A DNA stretch of 64,000 nt from Candidatus Omnitrophota bacterium (GTDB lineage Bacteria; Omnitrophota; Gorgyraeia; Zapsychrales; Fredricksoniimonadaceae), in assembly GCA_016201795.1 (NCBI GenBank), contig JACQCF010000020.1:5651-69650 (forward strand). The letters run 5' to 3'. Shown here one piece after another: positions 12,801 through 21,780 of this stretch. The notes beneath the pieces are model-generated. The model was not told the origin of the DNA. It did not search any database and was given only the letters and a program-made list of their open reading frames with translations. Position numbers and translations under genes: made by a program. Within the stretch, counting starts at the first letter, position 1; each line of letters opens with the position of its first letter.

Positions 12801-14283
12801 ACCTGCTAGTGCAGCGATGACGACTAATGTGCCACCAGAGCAGGAACGATTAAGGAGGATTGTGGGGAGTATTGCCGCACCGACGAAAGGTTTTTTGGCG
12901 GCGGATGGGACTACAGATACTATTGAAAAAGAAATAGTAAGAGCGATGGGTTTAAAGACACTGGATGAATTAAGGGCTCAGTTTAATGAAGGTCAGCGTT
13001 TTGCTTTGCGTGAGCAGGCGCGCAATGTGACTTTTACCTCGGCAGCATTGCCGTATACGGTGGGTGGTGTCATTGTTTATGATGAAGCGGCTAAATATAA
13101 GGATGCTCAAGGTCGGAATTTGATCGATGAGCACGTCATAAAAAGAGGAGTAGGAGTTATCCACAAAGCAGATCGTGGTCTAAAGCCCGATGAAACCAGT
13201 CCTTTGCCTAGCAGGGAAGGTCTTGATAGAGAGAAGCTTCCCAAAGACGCAGGGCTGGATGATTTAAACACTATTTTAGATGTATTCCCTAATTCAGTTG
13301 CGACCAAGTTCAGGGTAACATTTACTATCGATGGAGATAGCTTGCCCACTCAGGCAAATATAGAAGCGAATGCGAAAGCTTTAGCCCGACATGCGTATGA
13401 TACACAAAAGTCCGGTAGAGCGCCAACAATCGAGCCCGAAATATTGATTAACGGAGACCACAGTATCGATAAGAGTAATGAAGTCATGATTCGTGTACTC
13501 AAGGGGATTTTTAAGGCATTAAAGGAAAAAGGGGTATGGCTGCCCGGAGTTGTCCTTAAGACAAGTATGGTTTTATCAGGGAAAACCGCACAGAATCGAG
13601 CTGATTACAAAGAAGTGGCAAGACAGACGGTCGATGTGCTTAAAAAGACGGTTCCTGCTGAATTGGGAGCGATTGTATTTTTATCTGGTGGGCAGTCAAC
13701 AGAAGAGGCATTGGGGAATTTAAATGCCATTGCCCAGGAAGCCAGAACACAGAAAGCTCCATGGCGGTTAACGTATTCTTATTCTCGTGCCCTCAAACAG
13801 CCAGCATTAAAGGTATGGGCTGGGAAGGCAGAAAATATTCCTGCTGCCCAGAAGGTGTTTAATCAGACTCTTTATAGAGCGCAGGCAGCTAGCTTAGGAG
13901 TGTTAGAAGAATTTGATGCGTTGATGGCCAAGATTGGTATCGATGCTCTTTTGGCAGGACAAGATGAGTATAACAAAATGTTAGCGGCCAATGCTCAAGC
14001 TTATAATTTGGGGGAGTTGGTGAAGAATTTTGATGCGGCACAGGTAACTTCAGCTACAGCTATCCAACGCCAGGGTGGTATCGACCTGCGTCCTGATTTG
14101 TTTGACCTGCAAATCAAACGTGATGACAAAGGTATACCTTTACCTGTCAGTCAACAGCCCATTGGCAGCATGAAGATTCAAGGTTTTATGCCTGTAACCA
14201 TTGATTTTAAACCAGTTAATTTACCTTTATTATTGGGTGCCGCTAATAATCAGGAGGATAAGCAGCAGCTAACATTTAAATAA
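9808..14283 (+). CDS. Giant (1491 aa) signal-peptide protein with C-terminal class I fructose-bisphosphate aldolase domain
   Basis: Sec-type signal (RFKRCISSLALLSFLLGSCVLPNRASA|Q). Residues ~1040-1390 align motif-by-motif with eukaryotic-type class I FBA: KGFLAADGTTDTI (ILAADESTG), IEPEILINGDHSI (EPEILPDGDH), VVLKTSMV (Schiff-base Lys of LLKPNMV), IVFLSGGQSTEEALGNLNAI (FLSGGQSEEEA), WRLTYSYSRALKQPALKVWAGKAEN ([25 protein letters not shown]). The N-terminal ~1000 aa has no family I recognise. Confidence 0.8.
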   Translation: MFFHNRIVCRFKRCISSLALLSFLLGSCVLPNRASAQMFTYGNLPAPGSMLNSSAHFVPVMIKGLKIYGDDPLKFDFILDSGNAKVSEADFQNEGIKLAKYFLAGLTVPEKDLWVNLSPYEKDRIVPESFGQTLLGRDLLAQDYILKQLSSSLIHPNKDLGKTFWNQVYTKAKQLYGTTNIPVNTFNKVWIVPDKANVWENNGMAFVTSSHLKVLSEEDYLSLSKNIDNQKFGMNQISQNDVKAISRASADVVRQLLLPAIEKEVNEGENFANLRQIYNAMILAVWYKQALKDSLLSKVYVNQNKTTGVDDQDKQSKLKIYHQYLAAFKKGVFNFIKEEPDENNTVIPRKYFSGGADWAMIAQVEQVERGPLTGLSPTEQATVVGNVGRTRLFTWGAGVIGGKRVDDAMVVSSAEEAVYTQLTETQIPAVFGVDFAPHGFKSDQFWVAEVDPTQGKLIKPSSINLFKNTSTLVGVNVAILQAIAAAGYSGLLEHILGKVSKDFGKEIDAVAVKVGRESLEILAKKLDVVIVVGGNEGSFRDESKDMPLGLIMNPTGKNGTFMYFGDSVEVTNGVKLKIGKPGTYSMVTLVPLMMPSTDGYRISLAVDKFNLNKPFPKIDPVITNANSLRHVLEQLAEYMEAADADAFIKQMVSQYIVVTLNRPKHDQLKAQAKELGFSVLDREDGDPLLFIRAMLGIPGKDGKKLLAISTGGANEHIMSMVFAALYGKALMTTTYAATKTLKAVDKEYAPGGAQSGQGNLEKARNYSADDLKNYSDVNTALDKIRHAGFDVPQAPVTSEQLKAQLLTPTSEELSMLKEGKIPSSLVIASITGSNKLDWGVLQPYIQPVRWVESSDGSGKVIVSGFLINNEGKVNFFRASLKTDDVIKSRYSIVAHNDLLPNPLVAQYEKTRTAYMTMLYAGEIDVDIIGNHVKNIHSLLKNEETAQDSLKTLDDAFAAVQRDIRLEAEVVRAVREVERYILGNPSVQMEDGTMHAVVQPASAAMTTNVPPEQERLRRIVGSIAAPTKGFLAADGTTDTIEKEIVRAMGLKTLDELRAQFNEGQRFALREQARNVTFTSAALPYTVGGVIVYDEAAKYKDAQGRNLIDEHVIKRGVGVIHKADRGLKPDETSPLPSREGLDREKLPKDAGLDDLNTILDVFPNSVATKFRVTFTIDGDSLPTQANIEANAKALARHAYDTQKSGRAPTIEPEILINGDHSIDKSNEVMIRVLKGIFKALKEKGVWLPGVVLKTSMVLSGKTAQNRADYKEVARQTVDVLKKTVPAELGAIVFLSGGQSTEEALGNLNAIAQEARTQKAPWRLTYSYSRALKQPALKVWAGKAENIPAAQKVFNQTLYRAQAASLGVLEEFDALMAKIGIDALLAGQDEYNKMLAANAQAYNLGELVKNFDAAQVTSATAIQRQGGIDLRPDLFDLQIKRDDKGIPLPVSQQPIGSMKIQGFMPVTIDFKPVNLPLLLGAANNQEDKQQLTFK

Positions 14284-14325
14284 GTTTTAATCATAATTTA
14301 GTAAAAAACTCTAAAAGCCTTCACT

Positions 14326-14358
14326 GTCCCGCCTCGGCGGGATAGCGAGGGTTTTTTA
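14326..14358 (+). terminator. Rho-independent terminator after the giant protein gene
   Basis: GTCCCGCC-TC-GGCGGGAT hairpin, followed after a short GC-rich spacer (10 nt) by a T6 tract (14352-14357). Confidence 0.5.
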
Positions 14359-14375
14359 TTTACAAATTTTGTTTA

Positions 14376-14404
14376 TTGACAATGGAGGGGTGTTTGCTTA
14401 TACT
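14376..14404 (+). promoter_or_regulatory. Sigma70 promoter of the dcw operon (PmraZ)
   Basis: Consensus TTGACA (14376-14381), 17-nt spacer, TATACT (14399-14404). Confidence 0.6.
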
Positions 14405-14412
14405 GCCTTCAA

Positions 14413-14437
14413 GTGGAGCAAAGTGGAGCAGGGTGGT
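14413..14437 (+). promoter_or_regulatory. Putative MraZ operator (three GTGG[A/T] direct repeats at 10-bp periodicity)
   Basis: GTGGAgcaaaGTGGAgcaggGTGGT directly downstream of the -10 element. Same architecture as the TGGGN triple direct repeats bound by E. coli MraZ in its own promoter. Confidence 0.5.
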
Positions 14438-14444
14438 TTAAACT

Positions 14445-14885
14445 ATGTTTTACGGCGAATACAATCATGGCATTGACAATAAAGGCCGGCTGATTTTGCC
14501 TTCGCGGTTTCGCGAGGTGGCCAAAGAGCACGGCATTGAGAAGTTTTTTGTCACCCGCGGCCTAGACCGCTGCATTTTTATGTTCAGCGACCAGCAGTGG
14601 CAGCTGGAAGAGCAGAGGTTTAAGAATTTGTCGTTTACCAAGCAGGAAGCGCGGCATTTTAACCGTTTGTTTTTCTCCGGTGCCGTCGAAGTTGTTCCCG
14701 ATAAACAGGGGCGGTTCATTATTCCGCAGTATTTGAAAGATTTTGCCGGCATTAAAAAAGATGCCGTTGTCATCGGCCTTTCTAACCGTATTGAGATTTG
14801 GCAGACGCAGAGCTGGCAAGAGTTCTTTTCCAAAACCAGCGTTGACTTTGAGAAGACCGCGGAAAATATGATGAATTTGAGTTAG
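14445..14885 (+). CDS. mraZ: Transcriptional regulator MraZ
   Basis: Duplicated DxxxR motifs (IDNKGRLILPSRFRE; VPDKQGRFIIPQYL), 146 aa. Confidence 0.9.
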   Translation: MFYGEYNHGIDNKGRLILPSRFREVAKEHGIEKFFVTRGLDRCIFMFSDQQWQLEEQRFKNLSFTKQEARHFNRLFFSGAVEVVPDKQGRFIIPQYLKDFAGIKKDAVVIGLSNRIEIWQTQSWQEFFSKTSVDFEKTAENMMNLS

Positions 14886-15787
14886 TGGCCATGGACCAGA
14901 GAGCGCATATTTCAGTCATGCCCCAACAAGTCATGTATTGGCTGAATGTCCAAAGCGGCGCTGTCATCGTCGATGGTACCTTGGGTTTAGCCGGGCACGC
15001 CGCTTTAATAGCCCGGGCCTTAGGAACAGACGGGCATTTGATTGGTATTGACCGCGACAGCTCTTCTTTAACCGAAGCTAAGAGGCGTTTGGCGTCTTTT
15101 TCTTTAAGGATTGATTTGTTGCAGGCCTCCTTTGGTGACGTCAAGCGAATCTTAGCTGAGGTTAAAGTTAGGGCCCTCAACGGGGTTTTGTTGGATCTTG
15201 GTCTATCCAGCTTTCAGTTGGACGACGAACAACGCGGATTTAGTTTTCTTAAAGACGGGCCGCTAGATATGCGCATGGATCAGACACAAGGAGTCACGGC
15301 CGCGGATTTGGTCAATACGCTTAAAGAGGACGAGCTGGCGCGGATCATTGAAGAATTTGGCGAGGACCGTTTTGCCCGGCGCATTGCCAGGGCCATCGTC
15401 CGGCGGCGTACTCAGGAAAAAATTGTTACCACAGGCCAGTTAGCGAAGGTTGCTTTAAGCGCCTTGCCGGCGGGTTACAGCCGCGGGCGCATTCATCCGG
15501 CGACGCGCACGTTTCAGGCCTTGCGTATGGCGGTTAATCGGGAACTGGAAACTTTAAAAGCAGCGCTGGCAGGCTGGTTTGAGGTGTTAAAACCTTCGGG
15601 AAGAATGGTGGTGATTTCATTTCATTCGCTCGAGGACCGTATCGTCAAAAATAGTTTTAAGGAATTGGCCCAACAGGGCCGGGGAAAAATTCTGACGAAG
15701 AAACCGGTGGAACCTTCGCAGGAAGAATGTGAACTTAATCCCCGGGCCCGAAGCGCCAAACTAAGAGCGGTGGAAAGGGTTATATGA
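14885..15787 (+). CDS. rsmH: 16S rRNA (cytosine1402-N4)-methyltransferase RsmH (MraW)
   Basis: HISVMPQQVMYWL...DGTLGLAGHA SAM-binding N-terminus and DLGLSSFQLD motif. Confidence 0.9.
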   Translation: MAMDQRAHISVMPQQVMYWLNVQSGAVIVDGTLGLAGHAALIARALGTDGHLIGIDRDSSSLTEAKRRLASFSLRIDLLQASFGDVKRILAEVKVRALNGVLLDLGLSSFQLDDEQRGFSFLKDGPLDMRMDQTQGVTAADLVNTLKEDELARIIEEFGEDRFARRIARAIVRRRTQEKIVTTGQLAKVALSALPAGYSRGRIHPATRTFQALRMAVNRELETLKAALAGWFEVLKPSGRMVVISFHSLEDRIVKNSFKELAQQGRGKILTKKPVEPSQEECELNPRARSAKLRAVERVI

Positions 15788-16167
15788 GTTTAAAAGTCTG
15801 GGTTAAGTTTATGTCTTTTGTGACCGTTACGGCCCTTATTTACATTCATATGCAGATGCAGATTTTTGACTTGGCTTATCAGGGCAAGGACAGAGAAGGG
15901 CGTACGCACGAATTAAGAGACCGCAGCGGTCTTTTAACCCATCAAGTCCTCACCTTAAAGTCCGCCAATCATCTGGGTAATCAGCTGTTAGAAAAAAACA
16001 GCAGCTTACAATTTATGGGTCATGATCGCGTCATGACATTAACAGGACCGAGCTCGATCGTCAGTCAGCTGCCAGCGTCCGTTAAAGGTAAGAATGAAAA
16101 TTTTTTACTGTGGAACCTTTTGTCTTTCTTAAGCCCCCAGGAGGCCAAAGCCTGGGACCGTCAATAA
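15784..16167 (+). CDS. ftsL: Cell division protein FtsL-like small membrane protein
   Basis: 127 aa with a single N-terminal TM (FMSFVTVTALIYIHMQMQIF) followed by a coiled-coil region. Position between rsmH and ftsI. Confidence 0.55.
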   Translation: MSLKVWVKFMSFVTVTALIYIHMQMQIFDLAYQGKDREGRTHELRDRSGLLTHQVLTLKSANHLGNQLLEKNSSLQFMGHDRVMTLTGPSSIVSQLPASVKGKNENFLLWNLLSFLSPQEAKAWDRQ

Positions 16168-16180
16168 ATCGAGGCAGGAA

Positions 16181-17890
16181 TTGTTTCTTAGAAAATACCC
16201 CTCTCGTTTAGCCATTGTTTTTGTGGTTTTGCTAGCGGGGTTTTTGTACTCCATTACTTTTCTTCTTTACATTCAAATTTTCCGCTCTTCGTATTTAGCC
16301 CATTTAGCCCAGAAACAGCATGAACATTTAATCACCATCGACCCTAAACGCGGCACCATTTATGACCGTAACTTAAGGCCGCTGGCGATGAACCTGCCGG
16401 TTTATTCCGTTTGCGCCAACGCCCGCGTTCTTGCCCAGCGCCATGATAAAGCTGACGTGATTGCTCAATTGGCCAAGGTATTAAACATTCCTTCCTCGGA
16501 CATTGCCGCCAAGATCGACAAGAATAAATTTTTTGTTTGGATTGAGCGTAAAATTCCTCAGGACGTTTATCAGAAATTAAAAGATTTAAAACTGGCTGGC
16601 ATAGGTTTTATTAAGGAAAGCAAAAGATTTTATCCCAACCAGACCTTAGCCGCCCATCTGGTGGGTTTTGCCGGTGTGGATAATAACGGCCTGGATGGCC
16701 TGGAGCGGGATTATGACAAATATTTAAAAGGTAAAGAAGGCCGCTCGATGATTTTACGGGACGCTCACCAGAGGGAGTTGTTGTTAGAAAAAGATTATAT
16801 CGCGCCGGTGGATGGCCTGGATGTGGTTTTAACGATTGATGAAACCATTCAATTCATTGCGGAGCGGGCACTCGATAAAATGTATCACAAATATAATGCC
16901 AAAGGGGCGAGCATCATTGTGATGGATCCTAAAACTGGTGAAATCCTCGCTTTTGCCAACCGTCCGACGTATAATTTAGAAGATGCTTCTAAGAGTTCGC
17001 CGGAGTCCCGTACCAATCGCGCCATTGTCTTTACTTATGAACCGGGATCGGTGTTTAAGATTGTCACGACCTGTGCGGCATTGCAGGAGGGGGTTGTTAA
17101 AGAAACCGATATGATCAATTGCGAGCACGGCGCCTATCGGGTGGCCAATCACATTTTGCATGACCATGAACCCTTGGGCACTATCACATTTAGACAGGTC
17201 ATTGAGCTCTCGAGCAATATCGGCACCACCAAAGTTGCTCAACGTTTAGGGCCCCAAAGGGTGTATAATTATGCGCATCATTTTCGTTTTGGTATGCGCA
17301 CCGGCATTGATCTTCCTGGAGAGGCCAAAGGCAATTTAAAACCGGTGCGTCTGTGGTCTAAAACATCCATTGGCGCGGTACCCATCGGCCAGGAAGTGAC
17401 AGTGACTCCCATTCAGCTGTTGGGGGCCATTGCGGCCATTGCCAATGACGGCGTTTATATGCGGCCCTTTGTGGTTAAATATATTAAAGACAGCCATGAT
17501 CAAATGATCAAAGAGACTAAACCGCAGATTTTGGATAAAGTGATCTCTTCCCAAACCGCGGCGCGTGTCAAAGCTATTTTACGGGGAGTTGTTGAGATCG
17601 GAACGGGCAAAAAAGCGCAGATTAAAGGTGTTAGCGTCGGTGGTAAAACCGGGACAGCTCAAAAGGTTGTCGCTGGCACCTACTCGCATGCGCATTTTTA
17701 TGCGACGTTTGTGGGATTTGCGCCGGTGGAAAACCCAAGGCTGGTGGCCGTGGTGGTGTGTGATGAGCCTCATCCGGCCTATTATGGCGGAACAGTGGCT
17801 GCTCCCGTCTTTAGTGAAGTGATAGGAGATGCTTTAAAATATCTCGATGCCCGACAAATGGCAGGCGCTGTTAGTGATGATCAAGGATAA
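16181..17890 (+). CDS. ftsI: Peptidoglycan D,D-transpeptidase FtsI (PBP3)
   Basis: N-terminal TM, PBP dimerisation domain, transpeptidase motifs SxxK (GSVFK), SxN (SSN), KTG (GKTGTA). Confidence 0.9.
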   Translation: MFLRKYPSRLAIVFVVLLAGFLYSITFLLYIQIFRSSYLAHLAQKQHEHLITIDPKRGTIYDRNLRPLAMNLPVYSVCANARVLAQRHDKADVIAQLAKVLNIPSSDIAAKIDKNKFFVWIERKIPQDVYQKLKDLKLAGIGFIKESKRFYPNQTLAAHLVGFAGVDNNGLDGLERDYDKYLKGKEGRSMILRDAHQRELLLEKDYIAPVDGLDVVLTIDETIQFIAERALDKMYHKYNAKGASIIVMDPKTGEILAFANRPTYNLEDASKSSPESRTNRAIVFTYEPGSVFKIVTTCAALQEGVVKETDMINCEHGAYRVANHILHDHEPLGTITFRQVIELSSNIGTTKVAQRLGPQRVYNYAHHFRFGMRTGIDLPGEAKGNLKPVRLWSKTSIGAVPIGQEVTVTPIQLLGAIAAIANDGVYMRPFVVKYIKDSHDQMIKETKPQILDKVISSQTAARVKAILRGVVEIGTGKKAQIKGVSVGGKTGTAQKVVAGTYSHAHFYATFVGFAPVENPRLVAVVVCDEPHPAYYGGTVAAPVFSEVIGDALKYLDARQMAGAVSDDQG

Positions 17891-17893
17891 ACC

Positions 17894-19366
17894 ATGATCT
17901 TGAAGGATTTGTTAAAAGATATTTATTTGAAACCTTTACCTCGGGCGTGTGAAGGTCTTGTGATTGAAACGATTAGCTGCGACTCCCGTTTAAGGCAGCC
18001 TCAAGGATTGTTTGTGGCTTTGGATGGCTTTCAGTTTAAAGGAGAGGATTTTATTCAACAGGCGATCGTGCAGGGGGCCGTGGTGGTCGCTAAAAAAGGA
18101 TCCAGCAGAACTTTGTCAAATTACACTATAGCTGATTCCGTTTGTCTTTTAGACGTGGAGGATCCAAAATTATTTTTGCGGCAAATCACTTTGCGTTTTT
18201 TTGATTCCCCTTCCCGCAAAGTGAGAACGATCGGAGTGACGGGTACCAACGGCAAAACCACGATCACTTATCTTTTAGAAAGCATTCTTCAAGCCAAATC
18301 CAAAGCCTGCGCCGTCATCGGCACGGTCAATTACCGCTTGGCCGGCCAAACGTTGCCGTCGAAAAATACCACCCCCGGCTTTTTAGAGAATCAAAGTTAT
18401 CTGGCTCATTTGGCTTCTTTAAAAATTCCTTATTGTGTCATGGAAGTTTCCTCGCATGCGCTTAAGCAAGGCCGTGTGGATGGGATTGATTTTGCCTGCG
18501 CCATTTTTACTAATCTGACCCAGGACCATTTGGATTATCATAAAGACATGGAGAGTTATTTTAAGGCTAAGGCGATTTTGTTTGAAAATCTGAGCGACTA
18601 CACCTCAGTGGTTATTAATCAGGACGATCCTTATGGGGGGCGCCTGATGCGTTTGTTTAAAGGAGAGGTTATCACGTATGGTATAAAAACTGCCTCGGAT
18701 GTGAAAGCTGTCGGGATTAAGTCTTCCTTAAATGGTACTCAAATGGATATTGTTTTTCCGACGGGAAAGATGGCCATTAATACGCGTTTTATCGGTGAGC
18801 ATAATGTGTATAATATTTTAGCTGCCTGTGCGTGCGCCTGGAGGGAGGGTATTGATCTGGATAGAATCCGTCAAGGGGTGGAGGCCTTATCCTGTGTACC
18901 CGGACGGCTTGAGCCGGTGGATGCAGGCCAGGATTATTTTGTGTTTATCGATTATGCCCACACCGAAGATGGTTTGGTTAACGTGCTTAAAAGCTTAAGG
19001 ACGGTTAGCCGCAATAAAATCATTTTAGTTTTTGGCTGTGGGGGTGACCGTGACCGTGGCAAGAGGCCTCAAATGGGACGGGCCGCCTGCACACTAGCGG
19101 ATTATGCCATTGTCACCAGCGACAATCCACGCAGTGAAGACCCGATGGCCATCATCGACGAGATCAAGGCGGGATTCACGCGGCCTAACTATGAGGTCAT
19201 CGTTGACCGTAAAAAAGCTATTGCCCGCGCGCTTGAAATGGCTGGAGCCGGACAAATTGTTCTTATTGCCGGTAAAGGTCATGAAGATTGTCAGATTTTG
19301 AAAGATCGCACCATCGAATTTAATGAACGTAAGATCATACAAGAATTATTGAAGACGGCATCTTAA
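17894..19366 (+). CDS. murE: UDP-MurNAc-L-Ala-D-Glu:meso-DAP ligase
   Basis: Mur ligase P-loop GVTGTNGKTT and the DNPR motif (TSDNPRSEDP) diagnostic of MurE. Confidence 0.9.
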   Translation: MILKDLLKDIYLKPLPRACEGLVIETISCDSRLRQPQGLFVALDGFQFKGEDFIQQAIVQGAVVVAKKGSSRTLSNYTIADSVCLLDVEDPKLFLRQITLRFFDSPSRKVRTIGVTGTNGKTTITYLLESILQAKSKACAVIGTVNYRLAGQTLPSKNTTPGFLENQSYLAHLASLKIPYCVMEVSSHALKQGRVDGIDFACAIFTNLTQDHLDYHKDMESYFKAKAILFENLSDYTSVVINQDDPYGGRLMRLFKGEVITYGIKTASDVKAVGIKSSLNGTQMDIVFPTGKMAINTRFIGEHNVYNILAACACAWREGIDLDRIRQGVEALSCVPGRLEPVDAGQDYFVFIDYAHTEDGLVNVLKSLRTVSRNKIILVFGCGGDRDRGKRPQMGRAACTLADYAIVTSDNPRSEDPMAIIDEIKAGFTRPNYEVIVDRKKAIARALEMAGAGQIVLIAGKGHEDCQILKDRTIEFNERKIIQELLKTAS

Positions 19367-19369
19367 ATA

Positions 19370-20680
19370 ATGTTTACCATTGATGAGCTTATCAAAGCAA
19401 CCCAGGGACGCTTAGTTCAAGGACCGGCCAAGGGTTCTGTAAGGTCTGCGTGTATTGACTCCCGCCTTATTAAGAAAGACCAGCTGTTTATTGCCATCAA
19501 AGGAGATATTTTTGACGGTCATGATTTTATCACGGATGTCGTCGCTAAAGGCGTGCGTGTTTTATTGGTCCATAAGCCCGTTGCTATGACAAACCCCGGG
19601 GTTAGTGTCATTGCGGTTCATGATACGACTCGCGCTTTGGGGCATCTGGCCCGTTTTCATCGTCTGCGTTTTAAAGTGCCGGTGATCGCTTTGACCGGCA
19701 GCGCGGGTAAGACGACCACCAAAGAGATGATTACCGGTGTGCTCAACAAGAAATACCGCGTGTTAAAGAATGAAGGCACACAGAACAACCATATCGGCGT
19801 GCCCATGACGCTTTTGCGGTTGAGGCCTTCGCATGAAATTGTTGTTTTAGAATGCGGCACGAATCAGCCCGGAGATATTGCGTGGCTGGCGGATATTACG
19901 CGGCCAACGGTAGTTTTATTTACTAATATCGGTGAATCACATTTGGAAAAGCTTAAAAATAAGCAGGGCGTTCTTAGAGAAAAATGGAATTTGACTAAAT
20001 TTATGGATCGAAAGGGAGCGGTTATTTTTAATCAGGATGATCCTTTATTAAGAAAAACGGTTGAGCGTTTTGATGGACGCCTCATCGCTTTTAGCCTGCA
20101 CAATAAAATCAAGCAGAAGCTGCCTTTTAGATTCTCGAGTTCAAATCGTTGTTCCAATGCATTAGCCGCCTATGTTTGCGGACGATTATTTCATGTTCCT
20201 CATATCGACATTTATAAGACTTTAGATAGTTTCAAATTTCCCTCAGGCCGGGAAGAAGTGATCCATCTTAAAGACCGTTGGCTTATCAATGATACGTATA
20301 ACGCCAACCCTGTGTCTATGCGCTCGGCGATAGAAATGCTCAATGATTTTGCCACCCCCCATCAACGCATCATGGTGGCGGCGGATATGCTGGAGCTAGG
20401 ATCTCAATCCAGGAAATTGCATGAATCCATCGGCAGTGTCATTGCTCAATCAAAGATTAATGTATTAATTACCGTCGGTCATCTGGCCCGGCACATGGCT
20501 TTACAAGTAAAGAAAGAAGCCAGGCAGCTCTTAGTTTTTACATATAATGATATTGAATCTGCGGCTAAAGAACTCATCAAAATATTCGTACCAGGGGACG
20601 TAGTTCTCATTAAAGGTTCCCGCGACATGAGGATGGAACGTTTGGTCGAACACCTTAAACATTCAAATCATTCAAATTAA
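19370..20680 (+). CDS. murF: UDP-MurNAc-tripeptide:D-Ala-D-Ala ligase
   Basis: Mur ligase family, P-loop ALTGSAGKTTTKEM. Position after murE. Confidence 0.9.
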   Translation: MFTIDELIKATQGRLVQGPAKGSVRSACIDSRLIKKDQLFIAIKGDIFDGHDFITDVVAKGVRVLLVHKPVAMTNPGVSVIAVHDTTRALGHLARFHRLRFKVPVIALTGSAGKTTTKEMITGVLNKKYRVLKNEGTQNNHIGVPMTLLRLRPSHEIVVLECGTNQPGDIAWLADITRPTVVLFTNIGESHLEKLKNKQGVLREKWNLTKFMDRKGAVIFNQDDPLLRKTVERFDGRLIAFSLHNKIKQKLPFRFSSSNRCSNALAAYVCGRLFHVPHIDIYKTLDSFKFPSGREEVIHLKDRWLINDTYNANPVSMRSAIEMLNDFATPHQRIMVAADMLELGSQSRKLHESIGSVIAQSKINVLITVGHLARHMALQVKKEARQLLVFTYNDIESAAKELIKIFVPGDVVLIKGSRDMRMERLVEHLKHSNHSN

Positions 20681-20690
20681 GGGATAGGAC

Positions 20691-21779
20691 ATGTTTTATT
20701 TTTTTTCGGATTTTTCTTATGTGTGGCCGTTCTTAAATATTTTCCGTTACATCACCTTTCGCGCCGGCATGGCGGGTTTCACGGCTTTTATTCTCTGCGT
20801 GATTTTTGGTCCTGTTTTTATCCGTGCCTTCAAACAGCGCAGCATCCAGGAAATCGCCAAACGCAAAGACGCCCCGGGATTGGATTCATTTCAAACCGAC
20901 AAGGAAGGAACGCCGACGATGGGAGGAGTATTTATCGTTGGAAGTATTTTAGTTTCCGTGCTGTTATGGGGCAATTTAACTAATTCTTTTCTTCTCATGA
21001 CATTTTTTATATGTTTGTGTTTGGCGATTTTAGGCGGGGTGGATGATTATGTGAAACTCAAAGGTATCGGCAAGCACCGTGGGATCAGAGGTAGGGTAAA
21101 ATCTCTCTGGCAGATCCTTATCGCTTTATTGGTGGCGGTATTTTCCTACCTGCATCCGGATATCACCACCTGTTTGGATGTGCCGTTTTTTAAGAATTTA
21201 ATCATTGATTTGGGCGCGTTTTTTGTATTTTGGGTGGTCTTGGTGGTGGTCAGTGCCTCCAATGCCGTGAATCTGACCGACGGGCTCGATGGCCTGGCCA
21301 TCGGCTGCGTGTTGATGGTCGCTTTTACGTTGGGGACTTTAAGTTATGTGACCGGTAATGTCGCCATGAGCGATTATCTTCTCATTCCTCATGTTCCCGG
21401 CGCCGGTGAGCTGACTGTTTTTTGCGCGGCGATGATGGGGGCTTCCTTGGGGTTTTTGTGGTTTAATTGCCATCCGGCTACCATCTTTATGGGGGATGTA
21501 GGGTCTCTAGCTTTGGGCGGCAGTTTGGGCATGATTGCTATTTTTATCAAGAAGGAATTGTGGTTGATTGTTTTGGGTGGGGTTTTTGTCGCAGAAGCCG
21601 GTTCGGTGATTCTTCAGGTTCTTTCTTTTAAATTGACAGGCAAACGTATTTTTAAAATGTCGCCGTTTCATCATCATTTACAATTATCTGGCTGGAATGA
21701 AAACAAGATCATCGTGCGGTTTTGGATTGTCGCTATTATTTTGGCCATGCTCACGTTGACGACATTAAAAATTCGCTAA
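20691..21779 (+). CDS. mraY: Phospho-MurNAc-pentapeptide translocase
   Basis: 10-TM polyprenyl-phosphate transferase with NAVNLTDGLDGLA and HHHLQL (HHH) motifs. Confidence 0.9.
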   Translation: MFYFFSDFSYVWPFLNIFRYITFRAGMAGFTAFILCVIFGPVFIRAFKQRSIQEIAKRKDAPGLDSFQTDKEGTPTMGGVFIVGSILVSVLLWGNLTNSFLLMTFFICLCLAILGGVDDYVKLKGIGKHRGIRGRVKSLWQILIALLVAVFSYLHPDITTCLDVPFFKNLIIDLGAFFVFWVVLVVVSASNAVNLTDGLDGLAIGCVLMVAFTLGTLSYVTGNVAMSDYLLIPHVPGAGELTVFCAAMMGASLGFLWFNCHPATIFMGDVGSLALGGSLGMIAIFIKKELWLIVLGGVFVAEAGSVILQVLSFKLTGKRIFKMSPFHHHLQLSGWNENKIIVRFWIVAIILAMLTLTTLKIR

Positions 21780-21780
21780 T

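Noticed and set aside
14465-15180. Antisense ORFs of 85-132 aa overlapping mraZ and rsmH on the minus strand
   Set aside because: Fully embedded opposite well-supported conserved genes, no RBS or promoter context. Typical shadow ORFs.
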